Source: Ignisphaera sp. (GTDB lineage: Archaea; Thermoproteota; Thermoprotei_A; Sulfolobales; Ignisphaeraceae). Taken from it: 64,000 nt of DNA. The stretch lies in the NCBI GenBank assembly GCA_038821645.1, contig JAWBDT010000001.1, forward strand, positions 64,001-128,000. Reading direction: 5' to 3'. A program made the position numbers and the translations under genes. The notes under the pieces were generated by a model. The model did no database searches and was not told the DNA's origin. It was given only the letters and a program-made list of their open reading frames with translations. Below, piece by piece: positions 19,109 to 28,263 of the stretch. Position 1 is the first letter of the stretch, and every line of letters begins with the position of its first letter.

Positions 19109-19873
19109 CTATGTCTTGTTTATATTAATGAACTTTTCTAGAGTTAGATTAGATCTGCTCTTACCCACAAGTTCGTGGAGAGCTACAAACCTAAATCCTT
19201 CTCTATTCATTAACGCTAATGCTTCTTGAGTAATTTCAGGAGCAATTAGTATTCCCTCAACTTTGTTGTTCTGAGACAAATAGTATTCTACATATCTCTT
19301 GAGTTGAGCAACGGCTGAAACCCCAGCTTTCTCGTTCTTAACTTCAACTACAACCATTGTGTCACCTTTCTTAATCAATATATCTATCTTACCGTAAGGT
19401 GTAGGTATATCTATGCCAACTATAGAGGCATCTTCAGTTAGAGTCAAAATTTGGGGGTTTGAAACAATCAATTTAATTAAATCTGATTCTCTTCCTACAA
19501 TACTTAATTTTGTTGTTGAGAGTTTACATACCTTTATAAAGTCTATCTCTATGAACTCTATGAAAACTTCTTCATAAGGTTTATCTCTAGTAGATCTAAG
19601 CCTAAGTTTATCTCCTATGCATTCGAAGTATGATGAAGATTTCGGTGGTTGCCAATTGAGTGGATCTACACGTGTCGATTCATGAACTAATAGAGATCCA
19701 TCTGGTTTAACTATAATCATACGGTTAGCGGGATACGCATATGAAGATGCTCTACCTATATACTCTATACTTGTTTGACCAACTATAATTATAACCCACT
19801 CTTTTTTATATGTGTTAAGGATCTTAACTATAGTTGTGCAGCTAGATTCGTTGATATCGTTGCATATCTTCAT
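19109..19873 (-). CDS. nucS: Mismatch endonuclease NucS/EndoMS
   Basis: YIGRASS, KPDGSLLVH, PLNWQPP, GKIDIL, VEVK, AVAQLKRY, GILIAP. C-terminal PIP-like NLTLEKF. ATG at 19873 overlaps the DHH gene stop. Confidence 0.93.
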   Translation of the reverse strand: MKICNDINESSCTTIVKILNTYKKEWVIIIVGQTSIEYIGRASSYAYPANRMIIVKPDGSLLVHESTRVDPLNWQPPKSSSYFECIGDKLRLRSTRDKPYEEVFIEFIEIDFIKVCKLSTTKLSIVGRESDLIKLIVSNPQILTLTEDASIVGIDIPTPYGKIDILIKKGDTMVVVEVKNEKAGVSAVAQLKRYVEYYLSQNNKVEGILIAPEITQEALALMNREGFRFVALHELVGKSRSNLTLEKFININKT

Positions 19874-20859
19874 GACGAAACACATAAATGTTTTCTCAAA
19901 CCTTCTTCAACAATCTTCTGGAGATTGTTAATGGTACAAGTCTTCCTTATGGTGAGGGATGCAGCTTCTTTATGTCCACCGAAAACACCTTTAAATCCAC
20001 TATCTATGTGGTTCACTAGCTTGTCGCATGCTTCTAGAGCTTTCTTCTCTGTGGATCTAATAGTTATAACAAACTTGTCTTCTTCTTCTCTAATGAGTAT
20101 TACGGATCTCTTAACTTTCTTCATGTACTCTGATGAAGCTATACCGAAGAGACCAGCAAAAATTAATGATTCTGGGAGAGTAAATGTAGCTATATCCCAT
20201 CCACATAGATTCTTAGCCTTGATCTGTATCTTTTTTATCAACAAACTTAAGAGCCACTTAGCTTTCCAGTAGACTTCATCGAATTGCTGTATCTTCCAGA
20301 ATTCTTCACCTTTCACTATACTATCTACTGAGCTATAGATGATTTTGTTATTTGTGGGTTCAACAGCTAAAACAAGTTTAACTTTATCAGCTACACTCCT
20401 AATGTATTCATCTTCTGTAGACCCACCTTCACAGACATTAGCAATAGTAACAAGCATCTGTTCATAGTTGTTCAAATTTCTTAAAACAGATTGTGCAAGT
20501 ACTTGAGGTGTTGACTGAAGTGTTGACCAATATATCTTGATATTACTCACAGTCTTCAACTCACTTAGTGCTTTTTCAGATGATTGATGGTGATCTATGA
20601 TTATAATAGATATTCTTCTCTTAACAGCTTCAAGTAGTAGTGATAGATCATCGCTATTCAATGCTAGATCAACTAGAACAACGATATCTATATCTGGTTG
20701 TAATAGAACCTTCTTTAGATCTAGTGCTAGTCGCCATGGATGAGAATGTCTCAGTACCACTTGTCCTGGATATAAATCCCTCAAGAATCTTCTAATGTAT
20801 AGTCCAGCAGAAATAACGCCATCGCAATCTCCGTGAAAGAGAACAGCACATTTTCTCAT
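19870..20859 (-). CDS. DHH/DHHA1 family phosphoesterase (RecJ/NrnA-like)
   Basis: HGDCDG, VDLA, IDHH, and C-terminal GGHKEAA. Confidence 0.88.
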   Translation of the reverse strand: MRKCAVLFHGDCDGVISAGLYIRRFLRDLYPGQVVLRHSHPWRLALDLKKVLLQPDIDIVVLVDLALNSDDLSLLLEAVKRRISIIIIDHHQSSEKALSELKTVSNIKIYWSTLQSTPQVLAQSVLRNLNNYEQMLVTIANVCEGGSTEDEYIRSVADKVKLVLAVEPTNNKIIYSSVDSIVKGEEFWKIQQFDEVYWKAKWLLSLLIKKIQIKAKNLCGWDIATFTLPESLIFAGLFGIASSEYMKKVKRSVILIREEEDKFVITIRSTEKKALEACDKLVNHIDSGFKGVFGGHKEAASLTIRKTCTINNLQKIVEEGLRKHLCVSS

Positions 20860-20952
20860 GTTTCAGCACACTCTTACACAATACTTATTATGGCTCTAAA
20901 ATTTATGTTATTTGTAGAATCCGTAAAGCAAGAAGTAAAGGTCTATATACTT

Positions 20953-22005
20953 ATGACCCATAATGCTGTAGCTATCCATCAGAGAAATGATCAAGTTTTA
21001 GATATTCTACATAAGCAGAAGTACCATATTGTGGGAAGCCATAGTGCTGTAAAGAAATGTTACTGGATCCATAAATCACTTACTGAAAAAATGTTCTGTT
21101 ATAAAGCTAAATTCTACGGTATAGAATCACATAGATGTATACAGTTTTCTCCAGCTGTGTTGTGGTGTTGGAATTACTGTTTACATTGTTGGAGATATAG
21201 ACCTAGTTCAGATCATGGATTTAAGTCAATAGAGGCTGTTGATGATCCTAGATTCATAGCAGAGATGGTAGTGAAAGAGCATAAGAGAACTGTGAGCGGC
21301 TATAAGAAGTATCCTAACGTGGATAGGAAGATGTATGAAGAGTCTTTGAATCCAAGGCATGTAGCTATAAGCTTAACTGGTGAACCAACACTTTATCCAA
21401 GGCTTGGTGAGCTTATAGAAGAATTCCATAGAATGAATCTAACAACATTTCTAGTCACAAGAGGAATAAGGCCAGAGATACTTGCCAACTTGAGTAAAGA
21501 ACCTACACAACTCTATGTATCTCTAGAAGCATTTGATGAAGATAGCTATAGATACTTCAATAACCCTGTCTATCCAAATCTATGGAAGAGAACCCTCGAA
21601 ACACTAGAAATTTTGCCTAGTTTTTCATCTCCAACAGTTGTGAGACTAACATTAATTAGAAGCTTCAATATGAATCTTAAAGCAGTGAGTGAGTGGGTGA
21701 AGTTGCTTAAAATAGCTGAGCCAACATTCATAGAGGTTAAAGCATATATGCATATAGGGACATCAATATTGAGATTGAGTAGAGATGATATGCCTAGCCA
21801 TAGAGAGGTTAGAGAAATAGCTATAGAGATAGCTAATGGATTAGGATACAATATTGTTTCTGAAAGTGTTCCCAGTAGAGTGGTTCTTCTCTCAAGACTC
21901 GATAAACCTGTTATAAGATACGGTAATCCTCCTATAAGCTGGTATGATAAAGATCTACTGGATGAGTATTCGGGTGAATATGGGATTTTAGACGACTTCA
22001 TTTAG
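20953..22005 (+). CDS. taw1: tRNA 4-demethylwyosine synthase (radical SAM)
   Basis: HSAVKKCYW, CYKAKFYGIESHRC, CWNYCLHC (CxxxCxxC), AISLTGEPTLYP, EVKAYMHIG. Confidence 0.95.
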   Translation: MTHNAVAIHQRNDQVLDILHKQKYHIVGSHSAVKKCYWIHKSLTEKMFCYKAKFYGIESHRCIQFSPAVLWCWNYCLHCWRYRPSSDHGFKSIEAVDDPRFIAEMVVKEHKRTVSGYKKYPNVDRKMYEESLNPRHVAISLTGEPTLYPRLGELIEEFHRMNLTTFLVTRGIRPEILANLSKEPTQLYVSLEAFDEDSYRYFNNPVYPNLWKRTLETLEILPSFSSPTVVRLTLIRSFNMNLKAVSEWVKLLKIAEPTFIEVKAYMHIGTSILRLSRDDMPSHREVREIAIEIANGLGYNIVSESVPSRVVLLSRLDKPVIRYGNPPISWYDKDLLDEYSGEYGILDDFI

Positions 22006-22090
22006 CGATACAGCTATATATTGTGAAGCCATATAGCTAGCTATAGCAACCTAGAAAAATGATCTATAGATATTTGCTAGGGCTGAAGCT

Positions 22091-23089
22091 ATGTATGTAT
22101 CTATAGGTAGGAGAGGCGCTATAGTGTTTCCATATAGAGTTTGTGTTGATGGTCATGAGGATGGCTGTTTATTCCGAGTTACAACACATATACATGCCGA
22201 TCATATTGTGGATCTCGATAAAAGTGCTATATACTGTAAACACGTTATTGCTACACCGATAACACTCGATATACTAAAGGTCATGGGGTACACTATACCT
22301 ACGAATAAGGCTGTGGCGTTAAACTATGGACAGAGCATGAATATAGATCAAGATGGCTGGCTCAGGTTATCGATAGCTAAAGCAGATCATATACCTGGAT
22401 CCGCTCAAGTGGTTCTAGATACTAAAGATGCTTGCATTGGTTATACAGGTGATTTTAGAGCACCAGGTATAAGAACAGAGATACTTAAGGATCTCGATAT
22501 ACTTGTTGTTGATGCTACTTATGGGGATCCATCATATGTTAGAGAAAGCGAGGATGCCATTATGAATGAGTTTGTTAAGCTATTGAAAAAGCTTTTGACA
22601 GAAGGTCCTGTAGCTATATATGCTTATCATGGTAAGATAAATGATGTTATGTTGAAGCTTCGTCAATGGGGCATAGACGCTCCATACATTCTGTCATCTA
22701 GTCAGTGGAACATATACTGTGTACTCAATAGGTATGGCTATGGAACCTCAGATGTTTTTCATCAAGGATCGAGAGAAGCTGAAGAAATTATGAAGAGTGG
22801 ATGGTATATAGAGTTTGCTTTAACCTCTAGATATAGTTTCCTTAGGAGAAGGAAAGGTATATCGCATGTACTTGTAACAGGTAGGTATGGTAAAACTGTT
22901 GCTAGATTGGGTGGTTCATGGGTAGTGGGTTTAAGTGGTCATGCTGATTTTAACGAGCTTGTATACTATGTTGATGAAGCTAGGCCTAGACTTCTTATTG
23001 TTGATGGATATAGGAGCCAGTATGCTCATGTGTTTAGTTCTTATGTTAGAAATTCTTTAGGTATAGAGGCTATAGTTGAACCTTTTTAG
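22091..23089 (+). CDS. MBL-fold (beta-CASP-like) nuclease
   Basis: THIHADH, HIPGSAQ, YTGDF, DATYG, LSGHADF. Confidence 0.88.
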   Translation: MYVSIGRRGAIVFPYRVCVDGHEDGCLFRVTTHIHADHIVDLDKSAIYCKHVIATPITLDILKVMGYTIPTNKAVALNYGQSMNIDQDGWLRLSIAKADHIPGSAQVVLDTKDACIGYTGDFRAPGIRTEILKDLDILVVDATYGDPSYVRESEDAIMNEFVKLLKKLLTEGPVAIYAYHGKINDVMLKLRQWGIDAPYILSSSQWNIYCVLNRYGYGTSDVFHQGSREAEEIMKSGWYIEFALTSRYSFLRRRKGISHVLVTGRYGKTVARLGGSWVVGLSGHADFNELVYYVDEARPRLLIVDGYRSQYAHVFSSYVRNSLGIEAIVEPF

Positions 23090-23179
23090 ATGGAAACACT
23101 TAATAACCCTTGCAAATGGGTAGAGTTATCTAGATTTATAAGAGGACAAGCTGTAGATTTACCTCAAGGTGTAAAACGT

Positions 23180-23506
23180 ATGGAGTATGTATATGCAACA
23201 CTATTATTACATTCAGCTAAAAAAGAGATTTCAGAAGATAGTCTAAGAAAAGTACTTGAAGCAGCAGGTATAGCTGTAGACGATATAAGGCTGAAATCTT
23301 TTGTTGCAGCAGTAAAAGAGATAAACATAGATGATGTGCTAAAAACATCTCTGGCTATGCCTGTAACACCAGTAGCAACAACATCTACAGCTACTCCGGT
23401 AGCTCAAGCTCCACAACCTTCTGCTGAAAAGAAGGAGGAAGAAGAGAAGAAGGAGGCTGTATCGGAAGAACAGCTAGCTGAAGGATTAGCAGCGCTTTTC
23501 GGTTAA
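23180..23506 (+). CDS. rpl12: 50S ribosomal stalk protein P1/L12
   Basis: MEYVYATLLLH...acidic hinge...EGLAALFG. ATG at 23180 follows an AGGTG RBS. Confidence 0.96.
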   Translation: MEYVYATLLLHSAKKEISEDSLRKVLEAAGIAVDDIRLKSFVAAVKEINIDDVLKTSLAMPVTPVATTSTATPVAQAPQPSAEKKEEEEKKEAVSEEQLAEGLAALFG

Positions 23507-23581
23507 GTATAAGAATCGAAATCCAGATTAATAGAATAAAGTAGTTTTTACTAATTGTTATGGCTTTGTAAAGGTATAAGG

Positions 23582-26317
23582 ATGAGTAGAGTAGATGCAT
23601 CGGTTTTCAGAGTAAGGCTCTTCAGTAGTAGAGGATATCTAAGACAGAAATGTAATTATTGTGGATCTTACTTCTGGAGTATTATAGAAAGAGATGACTG
23701 TGGAGATGTTCCTTGTACAGACTATACATTCCTAAACATCTCAAGTAAGAAGAGATTAAGCTATAAAGAGGTTAGGAACCTATTTCTAGAGTTTTTCAAG
23801 AAACGTGGTCACGAAGTTGTTGAGCCCAAACCTGTTGTAGCTAGATGGAGAGAGGATCTGTATCTAACTATAGCAAGTATAGTTGTGTTTCAACCACATG
23901 TAACATCGGGTCTTGTACCTCCACCAGCCAATCCATTAGTTATTGCACAACCATGCATAAGGTTAGAAGATATAGATTCTGTAGGCTATACCTTTGGTAG
24001 ACATTTAACGAATTTCATAATGGGTGGTCATCATGCATTCAATTATAAAGATAAATTTGTTTATTGGACAGATGAAACAGTTGAGTATGCTTATGAATTC
24101 TTTGTTGAAGAACTTGGTATACCAGAAGACGAAGTAACGCTCAAGGAATCGTGGTGGGAAGGAGGAGGTAATGCAGGTCCATGTTTTGAGGTATCCGTAG
24201 GAGGTCTAGAACTTGCTACATTAGTCTTCATGATGTATAAAACAACTGGTGATAGTTATGAAGAGCTTCCTCTAAAGATTGTCGATACTGGATACGGTAT
24301 AGAGAGAATAGCTTGGTTTCTACAGAAAACACCAACAGCTTTTCATGCAGTCTATGGAGAACTTTTGACAGAGTTCCATAAGGCTCTGTCTCTATCTGAA
24401 CCAAAGAGAGATATACTCATAGCAACTCTTCTGAATCTCTCGAAAATAAAGAGTGGATCTAGAGATACTCTATATATGCTTGTTTCCCAAAGACTTGGAC
24501 TACCTGTAAGAGATGTTGAGGAACAGTTATCAAAGGTGTTTGATCTTTATGCAATTCTAGATCATACCAAAACTATAGCCCTTATGTTGTCAGATGGTAT
24601 TGTTCCTTCAAATAGTGGTGAAGGTTATCTAGCGAGATTAGTTATTAGAAGAACTCTGAGGAGATTGAATAGATTAAATAAAGAGATTAAACTAGCTGAA
24701 CTTATAGCTAGACAGCTAAGCTATTGGAGCGATATGTATCCAAATATGGCTAGAGTAAGAGACAGAGTTTTAGAGATGGTTGAACTAGAAGAAGAAAGAT
24801 ATAGAGGAGTACTATCTAAAGTGTCAGCAATAGCGTCAAAATTTTCATCTAGAGTTCCAAGTATCGATGAATTGGTTGAAATATATGATTCACATGGAAT
24901 ACCTCCAGAGATTCTTGCTGAAGAGATCGAGAAGAAGTATGGAAAAGAGATTGAGGTTCCAGAAAACTTCTATTCAGTAGTTGCATCTAGACATAGTAGA
25001 CCAAAAATCTTGAAAGAAGTTGAAGAAGTTAAGTTACCAAAAGATGTTGTTGAATGGGCTTCAAGATATCCTTCAACAGAATCTCTATTCCACATTGATC
25101 AGTACATCAGAAGATTTAAAGCTAGAGTTCTAGGTGTTTATGAAAAGTATGTTGTTTTAGATAGAACTGCTTTTTATCCTGAGGGAGGAGGACAGCTTGG
25201 TGATAGAGGCTATCTTTATATAGATGGAAAAGTGCTTAAGGTTCTAGATACCAAGAAAGTGGAGAATGTTGTTGTTCATGTTGTTGATTCAACTGAGGGA
25301 CTGAATGAAGGTGTAGAAATTGAGGGAGAGATAGATTGGGTTACGAGGTACAGGAGAATGAGACATCATACAGCTACTCATATACTGTTAGGAGCCCTAA
25401 GGAGGGTCTTAGGAGATCATGTATGGCAAGCAGGTGCTGAAAAAACAGAACTAAAGGCTAGATTAGATGTAACTCACTACAAAATGCTTACAGATGAAGA
25501 AATAACTAAGATTGAGGAACTAGCTAACAATATCATCGATAACGCTATGGATGTAAAGATACAGTTCTTACCTAAAAACGATGCTGAAAAGCTTTACGGT
25601 TTTACTCTATACCAGGGAGGAGTACCTATGACACCAACAATAAGAGTTGTAGAGATACCTGGATGGGATGCTCAGGCATGTTTTGGTACACATGTTAAGA
25701 ATACAAGTGAGGTAGGAGCAATAAAGATTGTGAATGTTGAAAAGATAGCTGACGGTATTATAAGATTTGAATATACTGTAGCAACAGTTGTACCTCTCTA
25801 TGCTCATGATCTTGAGAACAAGCTTCAGAATATAGCTAAAGCTTTAAATGTATCGTCAGCAGAAGTAGATAAAAGGATTCCAAGTTTTGTGAAAGAGCTA
25901 AACGATATAAAGAATATGCTCAAAACATATAGATCTCTATACATAAATGAGACACTTAACGCAATAAAGAACAGACTAGAGTCTCTCGATAAAGTAAAGC
26001 TCTATATACATCGGGTAGATGTAGAGGATAAAGAGCTACTAAAAGAGATAGCATTAAAAGCAATAGGACAGGAACCAGCGCTCCTCTTTATAGGACTTAT
26101 ACCACAGAACAACAAAACATATATAGAGATATCTCTAGGAAGAGAAGCAGCACAAAAAGTAGATGCAAAACAACTAATAGAACAAATATCAAAAGAAATA
26201 CCAATAAAAGCAGGAGGAAAAAGAGATCATATAACAGGGATAATAGATCTAGAGATAAACAGAACAGAAGAAATACTGAGAAACAGAATAAAACAGCACC
26301 TAGAGAAACAAAGCTAA
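23582..26317 (+). CDS. alaS: Alanine--tRNA ligase (archaeal type)
   Basis: N-terminal CxxC, LTIASI, QPCIR, GGGNAGP, DTGYGIER, editing motifs HHTATH and CFGTH. Confidence 0.97.
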   Translation: MSRVDASVFRVRLFSSRGYLRQKCNYCGSYFWSIIERDDCGDVPCTDYTFLNISSKKRLSYKEVRNLFLEFFKKRGHEVVEPKPVVARWREDLYLTIASIVVFQPHVTSGLVPPPANPLVIAQPCIRLEDIDSVGYTFGRHLTNFIMGGHHAFNYKDKFVYWTDETVEYAYEFFVEELGIPEDEVTLKESWWEGGGNAGPCFEVSVGGLELATLVFMMYKTTGDSYEELPLKIVDTGYGIERIAWFLQKTPTAFHAVYGELLTEFHKALSLSEPKRDILIATLLNLSKIKSGSRDTLYMLVSQRLGLPVRDVEEQLSKVFDLYAILDHTKTIALMLSDGIVPSNSGEGYLARLVIRRTLRRLNRLNKEIKLAELIARQLSYWSDMYPNMARVRDRVLEMVELEEERYRGVLSKVSAIASKFSSRVPSIDELVEIYDSHGIPPEILAEEIEKKYGKEIEVPENFYSVVASRHSRPKILKEVEEVKLPKDVVEWASRYPSTESLFHIDQYIRRFKARVLGVYEKYVVLDRTAFYPEGGGQLGDRGYLYIDGKVLKVLDTKKVENVVVHVVDSTEGLNEGVEIEGEIDWVTRYRRMRHHTATHILLGALRRVLGDHVWQAGAEKTELKARLDVTHYKMLTDEEITKIEELANNIIDNAMDVKIQFLPKNDAEKLYGFTLYQGGVPMTPTIRVVEIPGWDAQACFGTHVKNTSEVGAIKIVNVEKIADGIIRFEYTVATVVPLYAHDLENKLQNIAKALNVSSAEVDKRIPSFVKELNDIKNMLKTYRSLYINETLNAIKNRLESLDKVKLYIHRVDVEDKELLKEIALKAIGQEPALLFIGLIPQNNKTYIEISLGREAAQKVDAKQLIEQISKEIPIKAGGKRDHITGIIDLEINRTEEILRNRIKQHLEKQS

Positions 26318-26361
26318 AAAACCCCACCAAACAAATAAAACATACAGCCGCCACATAATAT

Positions 26362-26439
<78 letters not shown>

Positions 26440-26759
26440 CACAATTGAAATTCCTCAATTTTCTCTAGTTCAGATAACTCTGTATTCTTCTATAGTGTTT
26501 CTAGCTATTTAGGTACAGAATTCATCTTAGTAAAACTAATACCAAGATAATCAAGATGTTAAACCTAACCTCGATGGAAAGAGCTTCAGCATATCTACAT
26601 CATTCACAATAAACAAATCCCTTAACTTTCTAGTGCTACTTCTATCAATGCTTCTTCGACAAGAAATATAGTCTAGTTTTATCCAAGACGCTTTCAAGAG
26701 AATCTCGTGAAGAGTAATGATATAGAGTTTATAGTCATAGATATTTAGTCTCATTATGT

Positions 26760-27443
26760 CTAGTGATCTAAGGGCTCTTTATCTAAGATCCATGCTATAC
26801 CTCCTAAGATATGTTTTTGAAACCATTCCTCTCTCCATCTCTTAGTTTGATGACCAAAAGCTGTATAAAATACTCTACCATCTCCATAGCTATGGCACCA
26901 AGATATGGGATAGTCTGTAACATCTTTTGGTGAGAGAGATAAGTCTACAGAAGAAGTATCTAGGCTTATCAAGACCTTTGTTCTATTTCTGCCTATCCAG
27001 TTTCTAAAGACATATATTTCTTCATATGCTTTAAATCTCTTGGGTAAATGTTTTGATGCTGGATGATTAGGGTCTTCTACAATGAATACAGCTTCTTGTG
27101 TCCATGGATGTGAGTGAAAGTATCCTCCAATCATTTCACCATATCGAGGATAGCTGTATAGAGTATCTGTTGCATTATGTATACCGATGAATCCTCCACC
27201 ACTTTCAACAAATTCTATCAATAGGTTCTTCTGCTCTTCAGAAAAAGGTATATCACCTGACGTTAGAAAGAGAATAGCTTTTAAATTGCTTAATGTAGTG
27301 CTTGTGAATTCTTCTATATCTTCTGTAGCATAAACCTCAAAAAGATTTGTTTTCTCTCCTAATCTAGTTAAAACTTCTATAGCAGTAGTTATATAACTAT
27401 GTCTATAACCAGCTGTATACGTAAAAACAAGTATCTTGTCCAA
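26760..27443 (-). CDS. ThuA-like domain protein
   Basis: TAGYRHS, GGGFIGIHNATD, GGYFHSHPW, YGDGRVFYTAFGH, HILGGIAW. TTG start. Confidence 0.85.
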   Translation of the reverse strand: MDKILVFTYTAGYRHSYITTAIEVLTRLGEKTNLFEVYATEDIEEFTSTTLSNLKAILFLTSGDIPFSEEQKNLLIEFVESGGGFIGIHNATDTLYSYPRYGEMIGGYFHSHPWTQEAVFIVEDPNHPASKHLPKRFKAYEEIYVFRNWIGRNRTKVLISLDTSSVDLSLSPKDVTDYPISWCHSYGDGRVFYTAFGHQTKRWREEWFQKHILGGIAWILDKEPLDH

Positions 27444-27447
27444 AGCT

Positions 27448-28179
27448 CTACTCCTGAATAAAGATCTTTACATCATCGAGACACAACTTCTTATATTGTT
27501 CTATACCACCTATGTCGTACCATGTACCATGATACTCGTATGCAATAACATTGAACCCTTTATTCACCACCCATGGTATGAGGTCCCCCATAATATCAAA
27601 CGATGTTCCTAGATGGTTCTCAGTATACTTCAACAATTGTGGTGTAATGGTTAGTATAGCCAGAGATACATACAGATTTATCCAAGGCTTCTCCTCAAAT
27701 CCTATAACCCTATCTTTATCAACTTTAGCAACACCTACAGGAACCTTGTATCTATTAGCTAAAACAATAACAACATCAGCTTTTCTCTCAATGTGTTTAA
27801 CGATTAAGCTAGATACATCTATAGGAGCAATTATATCTCCATACCATACTAAAACTATATCTCCATCAAGAAACCCGTTCTTAAAGGCATTCAGTAATGC
27901 TCCACCCGTACCTCTATAATTATCGTTATCTATACTGTACCTAATACTTACACCAAATCTAGATCCATCACCAAAATAGTTCCTTATCTGTTTCCATCTA
28001 TATCCAACAAGAAGAACTATATCATTTATACCAAACTTCTTCAACCATTTAATAATATATTCAAGAACAGGTTTTTCCTCAATTCCTATAGGTATCATAG
28101 GTTTTGGGATAACTTCTGTATAAGGTCTAAGCCTAGTTCCTTCTCCACCAGCAGGAATTGCTGCAACAACTTTAGTCAT
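27448..28179 (-). CDS. Sugar-phosphate nucleotidyltransferase (NDP-sugar synthase)
   Basis: AGGEGTRLRPYT..PKPM, GTGGAL, YGD, FEEKP, WYDIG. Confidence 0.92.
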   Translation of the reverse strand: MTKVVAAIPAGGEGTRLRPYTEVIPKPMIPIGIEEKPVLEYIIKWLKKFGINDIVLLVGYRWKQIRNYFGDGSRFGVSIRYSIDNDNYRGTGGALLNAFKNGFLDGDIVLVWYGDIIAPIDVSSLIVKHIERKADVVIVLANRYKVPVGVAKVDKDRVIGFEEKPWINLYVSLAILTITPQLLKYTENHLGTSFDIMGDLIPWVVNKGFNVIAYEYHGTWYDIGGIEQYKKLCLDDVKIFIQE

Positions 28180-28263
28180 TTAGATACCCGTGTAAGGTAT
28201 CTAGAGAACAAATATATATGGTTTTAGATTGAGTTAGATAGAAAAGCTATAGCTTCATGTAGT

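Noticed and set aside
19775-20272. 165-aa plus-strand ORF
   Set aside because: Shadow of the DHH and nucS genes.
26097-26354. 85-aa highly hydrophobic minus-strand ORF resembling a membrane peptide
   Set aside because: Artefact of the A-rich alaS 3' end (poly-T codons on the reverse strand).
26440-26760. Possible integrated element or att site after tRNA-Arg, and the 67-aa ORF 26551-26754
   Set aside because: No integrase and no repeat of the tRNA 3' end seen in the window; the ORF has no recognisable motif.
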